Source of the DNA: Marsupella aquatica
Taxonomy: Eukaryota > Plantae > Marchantiophyta
DNA length: 64,000 nucleotides
Direction: 5' to 3'
Assembly: GCA_973895155.1 (NCBI GenBank)
Contig: OZ316891.1
Span: 32,251,208 to 32,315,207 of the forward strand
Each line of letters opens with the position of its first letter. Positions within the stretch are counted from its first letter, which is position 1. The position numbers and the translations under genes are program-made. Of the stretch, positions 52,301 to 62,267 are shown piece after piece. Below the pieces are notes generated by a model, which was not told where the DNA came from, ran no database searches, and saw only the letters and a list, made by a program, of their open reading frames with translations.

Positions 52301-53158
52301 TTCATCATCAACAGCCGCCGTTGCTTGAGGCATAGTGATAGTCCCAGTGGCAACCTTACTCGATCGTTCTGAACCAATGTATAATTCGACCAACTCTGAC
52401 ATCCAGTTGGACCATTGGTAATAATCAGAATGAGTTTTGGTCGATTTTGTTGATGGAGAATGTGAGACAAAACTCTCCTCAATTAAAACGTCGCCATCAC
52501 CTTGCTTCTTAGAGGAAGACTTTCTACCTTCATCAACATTCCAACCTTTTTTATGAACATCGGCCAAGTCCCAGAGAACCCATGAGTCTTTTGCCTCTTC
52601 AATTGTTTCAGCCCCATTGTGTATGTAAGGTAAAGCCTTACTACCATGAATAACATCAGTGATTTTCACACTGATCCGAGACTCACCAAGAAATATGTTG
52701 TGACATCGGTCCTTTGGATTTACCTTGAAAATAACTCCAAGGGCTACACAACACCCATCAATGAGCATTTCAACCTCGTCCCCTTGCCTTAGAGTGTTTG
52801 ATGCATCCTCCATAACAATTGTAGGAGATTTATCCAAGTTATTATCTGGTCGAGTTGAACAACTACCAGTACTGATGCGTTTTGGGGAATCTAGAGTTAT
52901 AGAGAGATAGGCGCACGAGATCTCCCAAATAACACATGAGTCAATGGCATCGAAAAGATTTTCTACCCTTGGTAGTGGAAATGGTAGTTTTTGAGTTGGC
53001 TCAAAAACCTTCTCCACGAGCACACCAATTCGATTATCTCCCAACAATATGTTGTGCACCCTATCCTGGGGGTTAATTTTCTGAAGTGTCCCATAACCGA
53101 CATCATATCCATCAATTGTCAAGGTCACATCATCACCTCTTGAAAACCTTCCAGTCAT
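49367..53158 (-). CDS. Sola-like DDD transposase, intact (ATG 53158; ORF open from 53182)
   Basis: FAKCTLC CxxC..H motif. Candidate catalytic Asp motifs IIHDKMDQ, LQMDNSAKDNKN and FLMVGHTHEDVDALFS. Three N-terminal ~75-aa repeats and a C-terminal beta-rich domain. Confidence 0.88.
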   Translation of the reverse strand: MTGRFSRGDDVTLTIDGYDVGYGTLQKINPQDRVHNILLGDNRIGVLVEKVFEPTQKLPFPLPRVENLFDAIDSCVIWEISCAYLSITLDSPKRISTGSCSTRPDNNLDKSPTIVMEDASNTLRQGDEVEMLIDGCCVALGVIFKVNPKDRCHNIFLGESRISVKITDVIHGSKALPYIHNGAETIEEAKDSWVLWDLADVHKKGWNVDEGRKSSSKKQGDGDVLIEESFVSHSPSTKSTKTHSDYYQWSNWMSELVELYIGSERSSKVATGTITMPQATAAVDDEILGEDYVGVAVKDVMESQYFPSINKGVISLVRWRIDHTKLVATGKFLSDILVEGTENMESMDRDDLNPDHVVGSVSGCRQRPYNFNKRNQVDPVEKKRRLLQTKAVSKTIEAAIDEIKRVNCCKHKCCLIMPREDIEDVRMEFHGMSSESKTSHIFNLFHYREDDVRDKGHHVLKGMVICKDAFATIHGFSHTKYYDYKRRYMEGCKIGFHGNTGLKKTRSNTLHARALLEAFLTQNAEPMPHMPYGGAHGTDSIEYQLLACYKKLEILEDVRTKMKEEGLPPVTDNTLYKIWSTSFANFSFHKDGAFAKCTLCCEYKDSLMRERRKKERAEIEERRAQHLCEQMSRRYVYYAHRVMAKQHPGEYLCIIHDKMDQAKTWIPKMVSTPKSLLGHGMSLPIALTGMLTHGRDPGVYAHFSVTGLWPGDADFTMTSLAKCLRDLEEYNGDKTGDMLDGLHWEPHKPFFQALLDFDAFLSGYLEPKNIQVNRYIGSEDGATDSQTETITTRQDEDDGGDVGGEKGSPLFMPLPRHLTLQMDNSAKDNKNQTVMAFCSELVSRGIFETVQMSFLMVGHTHEDVDALFSKVSYQVQHKEVATLLALMAEVWECESIHPVPRLIQEVASYKEYLQSFKVKDIQGHSKPVSFLFSMRDNVPIFQYKSHVKQAWAPVGGRCIWETDPITNSLLLPSGQPLAKSIGEIHKKSEEIIPFLNKYLDFLRRSCIDETSIAYKERFPLVKYWERIVELLSNGLAMEGEGNNQFPLKNGFWPKTNHGTGYKVNQSACKQSGPLSEDEETAEMTALQNEVLEEMEDQAAPFVGSRAEREQGRWIPLQDICEGNFVFLRPEDDWEKKNGGGHFWLVRALGQVDPKHEVPIASSRDPPLTQQYAPMFPVEWWRPKHSKLDVSESARYLNCFMSTKTWERDPGFGENTQHWQYANSAMYGFKSGMKEENMVGRGLKIPRNVLQTVQSYLQRMDKYT

Positions 53159-53295
53159 TCTCGGATTTAGTAACCTGCACAATTTTCAGAAAAACCATCA
53201 CAAATCCGAATGACAAGAATTTGAAGAGACTCACAATTATCCATACGGTCATTTGATTGCCATTCCGCGAATCCAAACGTTGGCTCAACTATCAC

Positions 53296-54432
53296 ACTTG
53301 GATTGGGGTGGTCCAAATCAAAACCACAAAGATTGTATTCCGAAGGTCAAATTTAAGCATCTCGCTTGAATTGGGATCGTCCGAATCCAAACCAACCTCT
53401 ATCCAACACACCCTCTTGGATTTGGATGGTCCGAATCCAAACCCAGATGGGATCCCAAAGGTCCCAATTCAACAAACGCGCTTGGATTGGGATGGTCCGA
53501 ATCCAAACCCAGATTTTATTTCAAAGGTCCCAATTTAAGCACCGGGCTTGGATTCGGATGGTCTGAATCCAACACCAGATTGTATTTCAAAGGTCCGAAT
53601 TCAACCCACCATCTTGGATCCGAATCCAAACACAGATTCTATCCCAAAGGTTACAATTCAACAAACCGGCTTGGATTGGGATGGTCCGAATCCAAACCCA
53701 GATAGTACTTCAAAGGTCCCAATTTAAGCATTGGGCTTGGATTCGGATGGTCCGAATCCAAAACCAGATTGTATTCCAAAGGTCCGAATCCAACCCACCA
53801 TCTTGGATTCGGATGGTTCGAATCCAAACACAGATTCTATCCCGAAAGGTCCCAATTCAACAAACCGGCTTGGATTGGGATGGTCCGAATCCAAACCCAG
53901 ATTGTATTTCAAAGGTCCCAATTTAAGCATCGGGCTTGGATTTGGATGGTCCGAATCCAAAACCAGATTGTATTTCAAAGGTCCGAATCCAACCCACCAT
54001 CTTGGATTCGGATGGTCCGAATCCAAACACAGATTCTATCCCGAAGGTCCCAATTCAACAAACCCTCTTGGATTGGGATGGTGCGCGAATCCAAACCCAG
54101 ATTGTATTTCAAAGGTCCCAATTTAAGTATCGGGCTTGGATTCGGATGGTCCGAATCCAAAACCAGGTTGTATTTCAAACGCCCAAATTCAATCATCTCG
54201 CTTGGATTGGGATGGTCCAAATCCAAACCGAGATTGGATCCCAAAGGTCACAATTTAAGCATTGCACGCTTGGATTCGGATGGTCCGAATCCAACACACC
54301 CAAGATTGGATTCTGATCAGATGGTCCCAATCCTACAAAATGGATTGGATTCGGATCATCCGAATCCAAACAACAATCTAGGATTAGGACCATTATAATC
54401 CACACATCAAGTCTGGATTCAGATGGTCTAAC
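53296..54432. repeat. Array 1 of palindrome TTGGATTCGGA-TGG-TCCGAATCCAA (~66-bp monomers, ~198-bp trimers)
   Basis: About 17-19 copies. Higher-order period visible at 53671, 53870 and 54068. Lies in a putative minus-strand intron (GT at 54637, AG at 53175). Confidence 0.93.
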
Positions 54433-54902
54433 TCCACAATGAAGATTATGTTGAGATGGATATATTGAGATTGAGATCTCTTCCTAATCAAATTTAGACA
54501 TTCCGGGTTTTTTGGAACATTGGGTAATTCGTGAAATAATAATTGGGAAGTCACTAGAATGCAGAACAAAGTGAAAGGTAAACCCTAAACTTCCCTAAGA
54601 ACTCAAAATAAGCAAAGCGACTAAGACCATAACTCACCTCAGCAGTCTTGTTTTTCCAGTATGTCTCCAAGGTTGGCTCTGCTACCTCTAAATTGATGAA
54701 TAAGTTCATATCAAACTGACTAAGAAAGCTATCAAAGCCACTTCAAGTCTAAACTCCATCAGAGAGAAGAGCTGAGGAGGAGTTGCGCAGACCTGGATGC
54801 CCAAGTGAAGATATGAAACTAAAACAACAATGATGTCCGTAGAGTACCTCTTATACTCGTGGGTTGGTATGTTCGGCCCTGAATGTGCAATCCGATAAGG
54901 TT

Positions 54903-55012
54903 GAGGCAACACCGAGTATCGCGGTTAGAACAATCATCCAATCCTTTTTCAATCCATTGTGTCAGACAAAGGATTGGATGATTGTTCTAACCGCGATACT
55001 CGGTGTTGCCTC
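54903..55012. other. Perfect 45-bp inverted repeat with 20-bp loop between divergent genes
   Basis: 54903-54947 is the exact reverse complement of 54968-55012. Confidence 0.95.
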
Positions 55013-55393
55013 CCAAACTGATAGGACCAGATCCCTTCTTGGTCTCTATCCGTACAGAGATCATCCGTACAGAGATGATCCGTGTAGCGATCATCCGTAC
55101 GCAAACAAGCCTTTCAGGAGGGGGTAAAGGGATGACAAGGTCTTCCATAGACCTCATTGTTGTTTCGCTCTCTGTCGCTCCTCACTGTCGCTCCTCACTC
55201 TCGCTCCTCACTCTCGCTCCTCACTCTCGCTCTAGCTCCTCATTCTCACTCCTTGCTCTCGCTCTTGGCTTGCTGCCGCCGCTATCCCTTGCCCTTGCCC
55301 TAATTGCCTTCTTGCCCTAATCTGTTGCAACGCCCTAGATCTTGCCCATCTTGACGTGTCCTCAATATATCCTGCCACGTGTCACTCCTAAAA

Positions 55394-58300
55394 ATGGAAG
55401 TTGCCAAGAAAACTGTCATTGTCCTGCTCGCCGAAGAATCTGATGACTTGGATCTCTCCTCTGTCGGTGATCTTGTGGCCCTAGCGCTTGGGGATTCCCA
55501 AGAATTTCAATCACAAGTCCAAAGTAAGTTTCCAGAGGTTTATTCATGCATCTTAAGTTGTTGGATTCGGATGGTCCGAATCCAAGAGGGTTGTTTGGAT
55601 TCGGACCATCCGAATCCAAGTGGGTTGTTTGGATTTGGATGGTCCGAATCCAAGTGGCTTGATTGGATTCGGATGGTCCGAATCCAAGTGGCTTGATTGG
55701 ATTCGGATGGTCCGAATCCAAGAGGGTTGTTTGGATTCGGACCATCCGAATCCAATGGGTTGTTTGGATTTGGATGGTCTGAATCCAAGTGGCTTGATTG
55801 GATTCGGATGGTCCGAATCCAAGTGGCTTGATTGGATTTGGATGGTCCGAATCCAAGAGGGTTGTTTGGATTCGGACCATCCGAATCCAAGTGGGTTGTT
55901 TGGATTCGGATGGTCCGAATCCAAGTGGCTTGATTGGATTCGGATGGTCTGAATCTAAGAGGGTTGTTTGGATTCGGACCATCCGAATCCAAGTGGGTTG
56001 TTTGGATTCGGACCATCCGAATCCAAGTGGGCTTCTTGTATTGGATTTGGATGGTCCGAATCCAAGAGCCCTCAATCTCACTTTGACAGTGATTTCTTAA
56101 AACAAATTTCATGGATTTAAAGTCTAATATGAATTTTCACTCTCCAATGCAGAGAGTGATCTGGTGAATACAACTCTCGCCATTTCAGAGGCAGACTGCG
56201 ACGATGGGTTCATTTTGGAGGACCGCGATCCAGGATTTCAGTGGGGACTTGAGTTCTCGCGAGTAAACTTCCGCCTAAATTCATTTAACATTCAGGATCC
56301 AGTGTTATGTGTCAAGATCAGGACAGGCAACAACCAAACATTGGTCATCGGACCCGTGGTCTCTGTGGGAATGATAGGAAGAGGAATGAATTCTATCATT
56401 GTAGAGGTGTCGGACACGATGAGGTGGGCAAAGTTGCAGCTCCCGTCAAAGGCTTTCTCGGCCGAGTTCAATGTGGAATGGTATGCAAGTGGGGAATTAA
56501 GTGTGTTGTCGATGGGATTCTTTCCAAAATCCTACACAAAGGAGAAGATTATTGGAGGACTGAAGGGAATGCTTCCTTTGGACATTTTTTATGGGTTTCT
56601 TTATTTGAAACTCAACATTGTAAACAACCCATCAAAGTTCTCTCTTCCATCCACATGGACTCTTAACAATTTGCTTCAGAAAGCAGGTCTGGTGTCACCA
56701 GACTCAAATGTTTGGATCACCAAGGCACTAGCCTTTGCACACACGCTTGACCTGGAAAAAGCAAATCTATGGGTAGAGTCTTTGGTGAAGTTGAGGAAAA
56801 GTACACAACCACAGAACATAATTGAGTCTACGCCAGCCAAAGGAACTCCAGCAACTACGACGGAGATAGCACAAACTACTGCAGCAACAACCATGGATAG
56901 AGCGGCAGGGAAGCGGAAGTAGAGGGAGAAGAAGCTTCCGGTTGAGAAACCTACTTCAGTTGAGAAGAAGATCACGGCTCCAGCCGAGAAGAAGAAGCTT
57001 CCAGCCGAGAAGAAGTCGAGGGAGAAGAAGAAACAAAAAACCAACACCGGAGTTGTGAATTCAACTCCTGTAGATTTTTCATTACATGCTGAAGATGAGG
57101 GTGATAGGCCACATGCTCCAGAGGAGAAAGACGTCTTAGAAGGGAATGAAGTTCTTCAACAAATGGAGCAGTACTATACTTTTGGGATAAACGAAATTTT
57201 TCTGATCCCAGTTGAAAGTATTTTTGCCGCACCAGCGAGACTATGCTATCGGATGATGAATTTTGATCATGTGCAAGACATTGTTGATTCCATGATCAAA
57301 ACACCTGGGCATGAGCCACATGTCGCTGATTTGATTCCTTTTAATGTCGAGCGAAGAAAGGTACTCCACTTTGAGAATACGGAGTCGGACCGGAAGGATT
57401 TTTTGGCCAGAGTGAAAAAGGGCGAGGTCCAATTTCTAGCAGTTAGTGGTCAGCACTCTGCGAGAACTGCGAGATGGATTCATGATTGGGCAACGAAGGA
57501 TGCCAAGCTCACCCAGTTGGCCAAGAAGTTAGAATTCAGGAAATCCAGAATATTGTCTAATCGCACACCGTCTTCAATTCTTGTTGAGCACTCCATGAGA
57601 TCGAACGCCATCAATAGCACGATGGTGTTTCAGTCTTGCTTTAAAGATACAGTTGTCCATGCGAGGCGGCAGTTTGTTGAATGTGGAAATCCAGACAAAC
57701 CAAAACATGGCGACAACAAAACAAATGCTCAAGACAACCAAAAATTTCAGGTAAGAAATGTGATTACTTTGTATGCATTTCTCTACCATAGAGAGTAATT
57801 CTATTTTGGATTCGGATGGTCTCAGTCCGACACAATTTGTCAAAGAGTATTGGAACTTTTGGAATGTTTAGTACAAGTTTTGTTTTTGATTGAGACCATC
57901 AGAATCCAAAACTATTATCGCACATTAGAATCCTTTTTTTCCAACCCTTGAGTTGGGGATAACTGACTAGCTTTCCTTTTGGATTGTAGGATTGGTTGGC
58001 TCTGGCAAGAATGACTATGGGCAGGAAGGACTTGCGAAATGTATATTGGCTACTTTTTGCGGACAATGATCTTTTTGAGTTGTGGCGGTTAGTCTGTGAG
58101 ATGTGGTTGCATGGGAAACTTCCTAATGGAGCTGGGATGGAAGGAAATAACAAGTCCAAAAAAGCAATTACCGTTGCCATGTTTCGTCCCTTTGATGGTG
58201 AGTTGATCTCACAGAAAGACATCACAAAAATCCTGACACAAGTGAAGTCAAGAAAGGCATTGCTGAAGAAAGATGCCACTAATAAATCTGACATACCCTC

Positions 58301-61300
58301 AATAGAGGAGCTTGCGAAGGATGTGAAAAAAGTGAGGAAGCTCAAGTCTCTCATTGAAGAGTACTACTTCGGCAAGGATCCAAGGAATTTCCCTTCGGAT
58401 ACCGACTGGAAGAAAGTTGTAGAGGTTCTGCCATTGTTGAGTGTTGATGCAGAATTCAGTAGATGCAGAAGAGCGGCTGGTGAAGTTTTTTTGTCAAATC
58501 TGTTGAAGCCAAATCATACTAGGGAGAGTGCAATCTTGCCAATAGCTCTGGTGATGCGCCTTGATGACATTTATTGCCAGAAGTTTGGCGGAGGGACACA
58601 TTCTCGGAGCCAACCGTGGGTCACGTTCTTTAGTGACAATCTAATGAAAACAGTTGATCCACCAGCAATAGAAGAATCATCTCCAACGTGCTCACTTGCC
58701 ATTGTTGACTTCAGTCAAGATCACCAGAAGCTGTGGACGGAAGTAGAAGTTTTGGTCTTTCTGCAATACATTGTGGAGCTACCACGAAATCTTACAATCG
58801 TTGTAGCCATAACTGTTCATCCGGGGCCTCTTGCAATGAATGTCCTAAGCTCACTTCGAAAATTGGGACAAGAGAAATCTCTCACGATTCACATTGAGTA
58901 TGGGAGTTATTCTCGAGAGGATCAACCACACCCGCTTGATTCGTGTTGGGGAGGCGGAATTGAAGAAGTTATATTTGCAGGAATTTCTCGAGATGAAAAT
59001 GTCAATTGGAATGATGTTTTCAAACCCAATCACCCAAAGCCAAAATTCTTTTTTGGTTCAAAAGATACTGATTTTGAGGTCACCAAGATTGACACTGGGA
59101 AGGCAAAGGTTGACACAGACGACGTGTCAAAACCCGAAGATCTAAAAATGATGCTGACCCCAGAAGAGGCGACCAAGGTTTTGCACATGGCCCCTTGATT
59201 GAGATAGTTGGTGCTCGTGGTGGTTGGGTGAATCCACATGCCAAACCCACGCGGATGATACAGAGGATTATTGAATCCTTGTCAGAAGCTGGAGACTTGA
59301 TTCTTGATTTTTTCTCGGGTGGTCAAGTGATGAAGACATCATTCTTGGTGCAACGCGAATGCTTTGTTTATTGTGACTCTCAAGATGAGAGACACTTTGT
59401 GGAAGCGTATGCTTCATTCCTTTGCGAGAGGGTCCCCTCAATCAAGGAAAATTGGGATCCTCGTGGTGGGAGTTCTAGGCATTGGAAACCCACTATTGCG
59501 GATGTTTCTGCCAAACATGAATCAGCTGATAATTCCGAAGAAGTGAGCGCTAAGTCAGTCAAAGATGATGGGGAATCAGAGGTGGCGTATGCAAAGAATT
59601 TGGATGACCGTGTAGGTCAAAGTGAAAGCATAGAACCCTACGATGTTGATGATAACATTGGTCTTGCACCACGCCCTTCATCAGGTGCAGATGACGTCCC
59701 TTTGGAACCCTATGAAGTTGAGGTTGATGACAACTTGGACAAGGATGGTCTCAATCCAAATGTGGTGCAACGAGAAACGGACGGAATTGGTGATCCAATT
59801 GACATTGATACATTTGAAAATCATTCGTCAACCAATTTGGTCGTGGACGGTGGAGACAGACAGGTCAATTCGAATGAAGCTGACACCCAAAATTTGATTC
59901 CCGGGACGGCTATCGAAGTACGTGAGATTCCCATGACCCCAAAAGCCCGTGCATCAGCGACTATTGACAACCAGGCAGGTGCTTCAATTTGTCCTGACAC
60001 ACTCTTTTCAGCTTCTGATGACAAATTGGTTTTTGTTCGTTCACACTCGGGAAGTCCAGTTGTCCTTCCTTTCTCAAAGAAAAAAGGGAATAGAGTTGGA
60101 TCAAGCGGATGGAGGTCACTTGAACGTGATGCACGATGTTATGTGTGGAAAAGTGGGCCAAATAGAGGCCAAGAAGTTTCATTGGATGCTGCTCCATCGA
60201 TTCTTAACAGGAAGGAGTATAAGAGAGGAGAATTGGGATTGATAACTCCTGTTTGGACGTCACCTTATTGGGTAGAACAAAGTACTTCAGATGTCAACTT
60301 TGAAATCCAAGAGGAGCTGGGTGTTGACATTATTGATGAATACGGATCTCTTTTTTCAGACTGAGATCAAACCGTCTGACTTTCCATTTTTTCATACCAA
60401 TCTAAAATACTTCTCGGTCTCACAGAATGCGGTCAGCAATTAGAGCCTCGATATCCACCTACGCTCTTTGGGGCTTCTAAAAATGGTATGTAGGTTTTCT
60501 TTGTTGTTAGTCATTGTCTTGTATTTTTGGACTGAGATTGTCTCAGTCCAAAGTTCAAATTTGGTTTTCTTTCTAAGAGTTGTATTTGTTGCACTTGCAG
60601 AATCGAGACCTTGTCCCATCAAGCGGAAGTTGCTGATTTTGGATCTTAACAAAATACTTTGGGATTCACTTGAATTCCAAAGCAAGGGCAAATCCAGAAA
60701 CATTGTGACCCCAAATGGAGTGCATTGGGATAGATCAAATGGAACTAGTCGCATGTATACAGAGAGGCCAGGGTTCCATGAGTTTCTAAAGTTGGTTTTT
60801 GACCGGTTTGACGTTGCAATTTGGACATGTGCTGGGATGCCGCGGACAGTGAAAATGTTGAACATGATGTTCACTGTTGAGGAGCGGTTGAAACTGAAGT
60901 TTGTATTCACACAGGTGGAAGCCTTTGACACAGGCATTCAAAGGCGTGACATTACAAATGGAAAGGCAAATGTGCTATTGAAGGATTTTCGGGTGGTATG
61001 GAGTGCATTTGGAAATCTATATGATGAAACCAACACACTCCTTGTGGATGACTCCCCCTTGAAGGCATTTGCCAACCTAGACATGACCGGACTATTTCCA
61101 GTGCCCTACACGCATGCCAATCGTGGAGACAATTTTCTTCTAACAATTCTTTGGCCATGTCTTGAGAAACTGTCACATGCAAGTGACATTCGTTGTTATC
61201 TTCTCCTAAACTCTCCAAAGTGGTCTCTATTGCACATTAAGAGAGACAAGGCAAAAAATGAGATTACTTATGATCAACTTAGTAAGAGATGTGCAGCAAA

Positions 61301-61637
61301 AATTTGGAAGTCACAGTATAGGCATAGTGTGCTGGACCTCAATAGCAATGAGATTCCTTGGGCTGTGAAGCACCGTATATGTAGCTTACGTCCTGAGGTG
61401 GAACTTGACGATGCACTTGTCACCTCACTTACTAGATCATTTGTAGGACGGGAATATTCAGGTTTGTATAGAGAAAATCCCAGACACTTTTTGCGGGAGA
61501 TTATAGCAGTTAGGAACAACACCACCAAATTTCATCTCCCTGAAGATAAAGGGAGTTGCAACCGTGACATTAGGGTAGATAGTAAAGGAGACAAGGGCAC
61601 GTGCTCAAATAAATATTGTAAGGAGCACTTTGTTTAG
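55394..61637 (+). pseudogene. Spliced cargo gene: ParB/Srx-like + beta-class N6A/N4C DNA methyltransferase-like + FCP1/NIF HAD phosphatase-like (~1750 aa reconstructed)
   Basis: Exons 55394-55523, 56153-57750, 57990-60485 and 60601-61637 are joined by GT-AG introns that keep frame. Lesions: TAG 56920, frameshift between 59114 and 59195, TGA 60362 and TGA 60377. Motifs: YRMMNFDHVQDIVDSM..FLAVSGQHS..SN (ParB-like); NPHAKPTRMIQRIIESLSEAGDLILDFFSGG (MTase motifs X/I); LLILDLNKIL, RPGFHEFL, VAIWT, NTLLVDDSPLK (NIF). Confidence 0.75.
55561..56065. repeat. Array 2 of the same 25-bp palindrome (34-bp period, ~15 copies)
   Basis: Copies at 55561, 55595, 55629, 55663, 55697... with recurring 9-bp spacers. 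Entirely inside intron 55524-56152. Confidence 0.95.
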
Positions 61638-61896
61638 AGATCTGACTCATGTTAAGCCCATTAGATTGTAAAAATGGGTGCCAGCCCTGGATATTCATCG
61701 TAAGTTTGGACACAATTGTATATAATTATTTCACACATTATCAATCAATGGTCCTTGCCTAGGCTTCTTTGTGCGTAAATGTTTTTACAAGTATGATCTC
61801 TATCCCATGGTTCTTTGTGAACTAATAAGTAATATAATACTATTATAATTAATATAATATAATATAATAATATAATACTAATAAGATTTGGCCTAT

Positions 61897-61976
61897 AAAG
61901 TGTACATTTAGGTATCAAAAAGTGTACATTTGGGCTTCTTAAAGTGTACATTTGGGGACATAAAAGTGTACATTTC
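61897..61976 (+). repeat. Right subterminal repeats AAAGTGTACATTT (4 copies)
   Basis: Same motif as the left end. Confidence 0.85.
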
Positions 61977-62267
61977 AGGACTGATTTGTGAACAAAAGAA
62001 AATACACTTTTAATGAATAGGCTGATAATGGTATCCATTCTTGTTTCTGGATCCTCTTCACACATGTTTCCTATTTATGCGCCATGTTAGTTTGGTGTGG
62101 GCATTTGATTCCATAAGAATGATCCGGGTTTGCAACCGGACATTCTAGTTGTGCTGCGTATTTCTCTCCCGGTGATGTTGGAGTGATGCCCAACACACCA
62201 TGGTGAGTGCTTGTGGTGCTGACAGGGATAGATTGCCCTTAGGGTTAGCACATAGATTAGGTTAGGG

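Larger units (their letters stand above)
48806..62026 (-). mobile_element. Complete 13,221-bp Sola-like (Sola1-type) cut-and-paste DNA transposon with cargo gene
   Basis: Perfect 26-bp TIR ATCAGCCTATTCATTAAAAGTGTATT (48806-48831; reverse complement 62001-62026). 4-bp TSD AATG (48802-48805, 62027-62030). DDD transposase inside. Confidence 0.9.
47419..62103 (+). mobile_element. Probable 5' LTR of a further Gypsy-like element, interrupted by the Sola-like transposon
   Basis: Begins TGTCACACCA where the transposase remnant stops. Candidate end TGGTGTGGGCA at 62103, followed by gag. No second LTR in the window to confirm. Confidence 0.45.

Noticed and set aside
54903-55012. Nested Sola2/3-type MITE (GAG...CTC ends)
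   Set aside because: No flanking target duplication (GGTT vs CCAA).
53296-56065. CRISPR array interpretation of the palindrome arrays
   Set aside because: Spacers are not unique (recurring 9-mers, or mutually similar 41-mers in a trimer pattern), there are no cas genes, and the context is eukaryotic and intronic.
53257-56112. Many overlapping ORFs (WIRMVRIQ, GFGWSESK, LDSDGPNP)
   Set aside because: Artefacts of translating the repeat in all six frames; they lie within predicted introns.
58650-58670. VDPPA as MTase catalytic DPPY
   Set aside because: It lacks the aromatic residue and the preceding hydrophobic strand; SLAIVDFS fits the motif IV position better. Unresolved without an alignment.
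59114-59198. Programmed frameshift or separate prokaryote-style overlapping genes
   Set aside because: No clear slippery site, and the gene has spliceosomal introns and other lesions, so a simple indel is more parsimonious.
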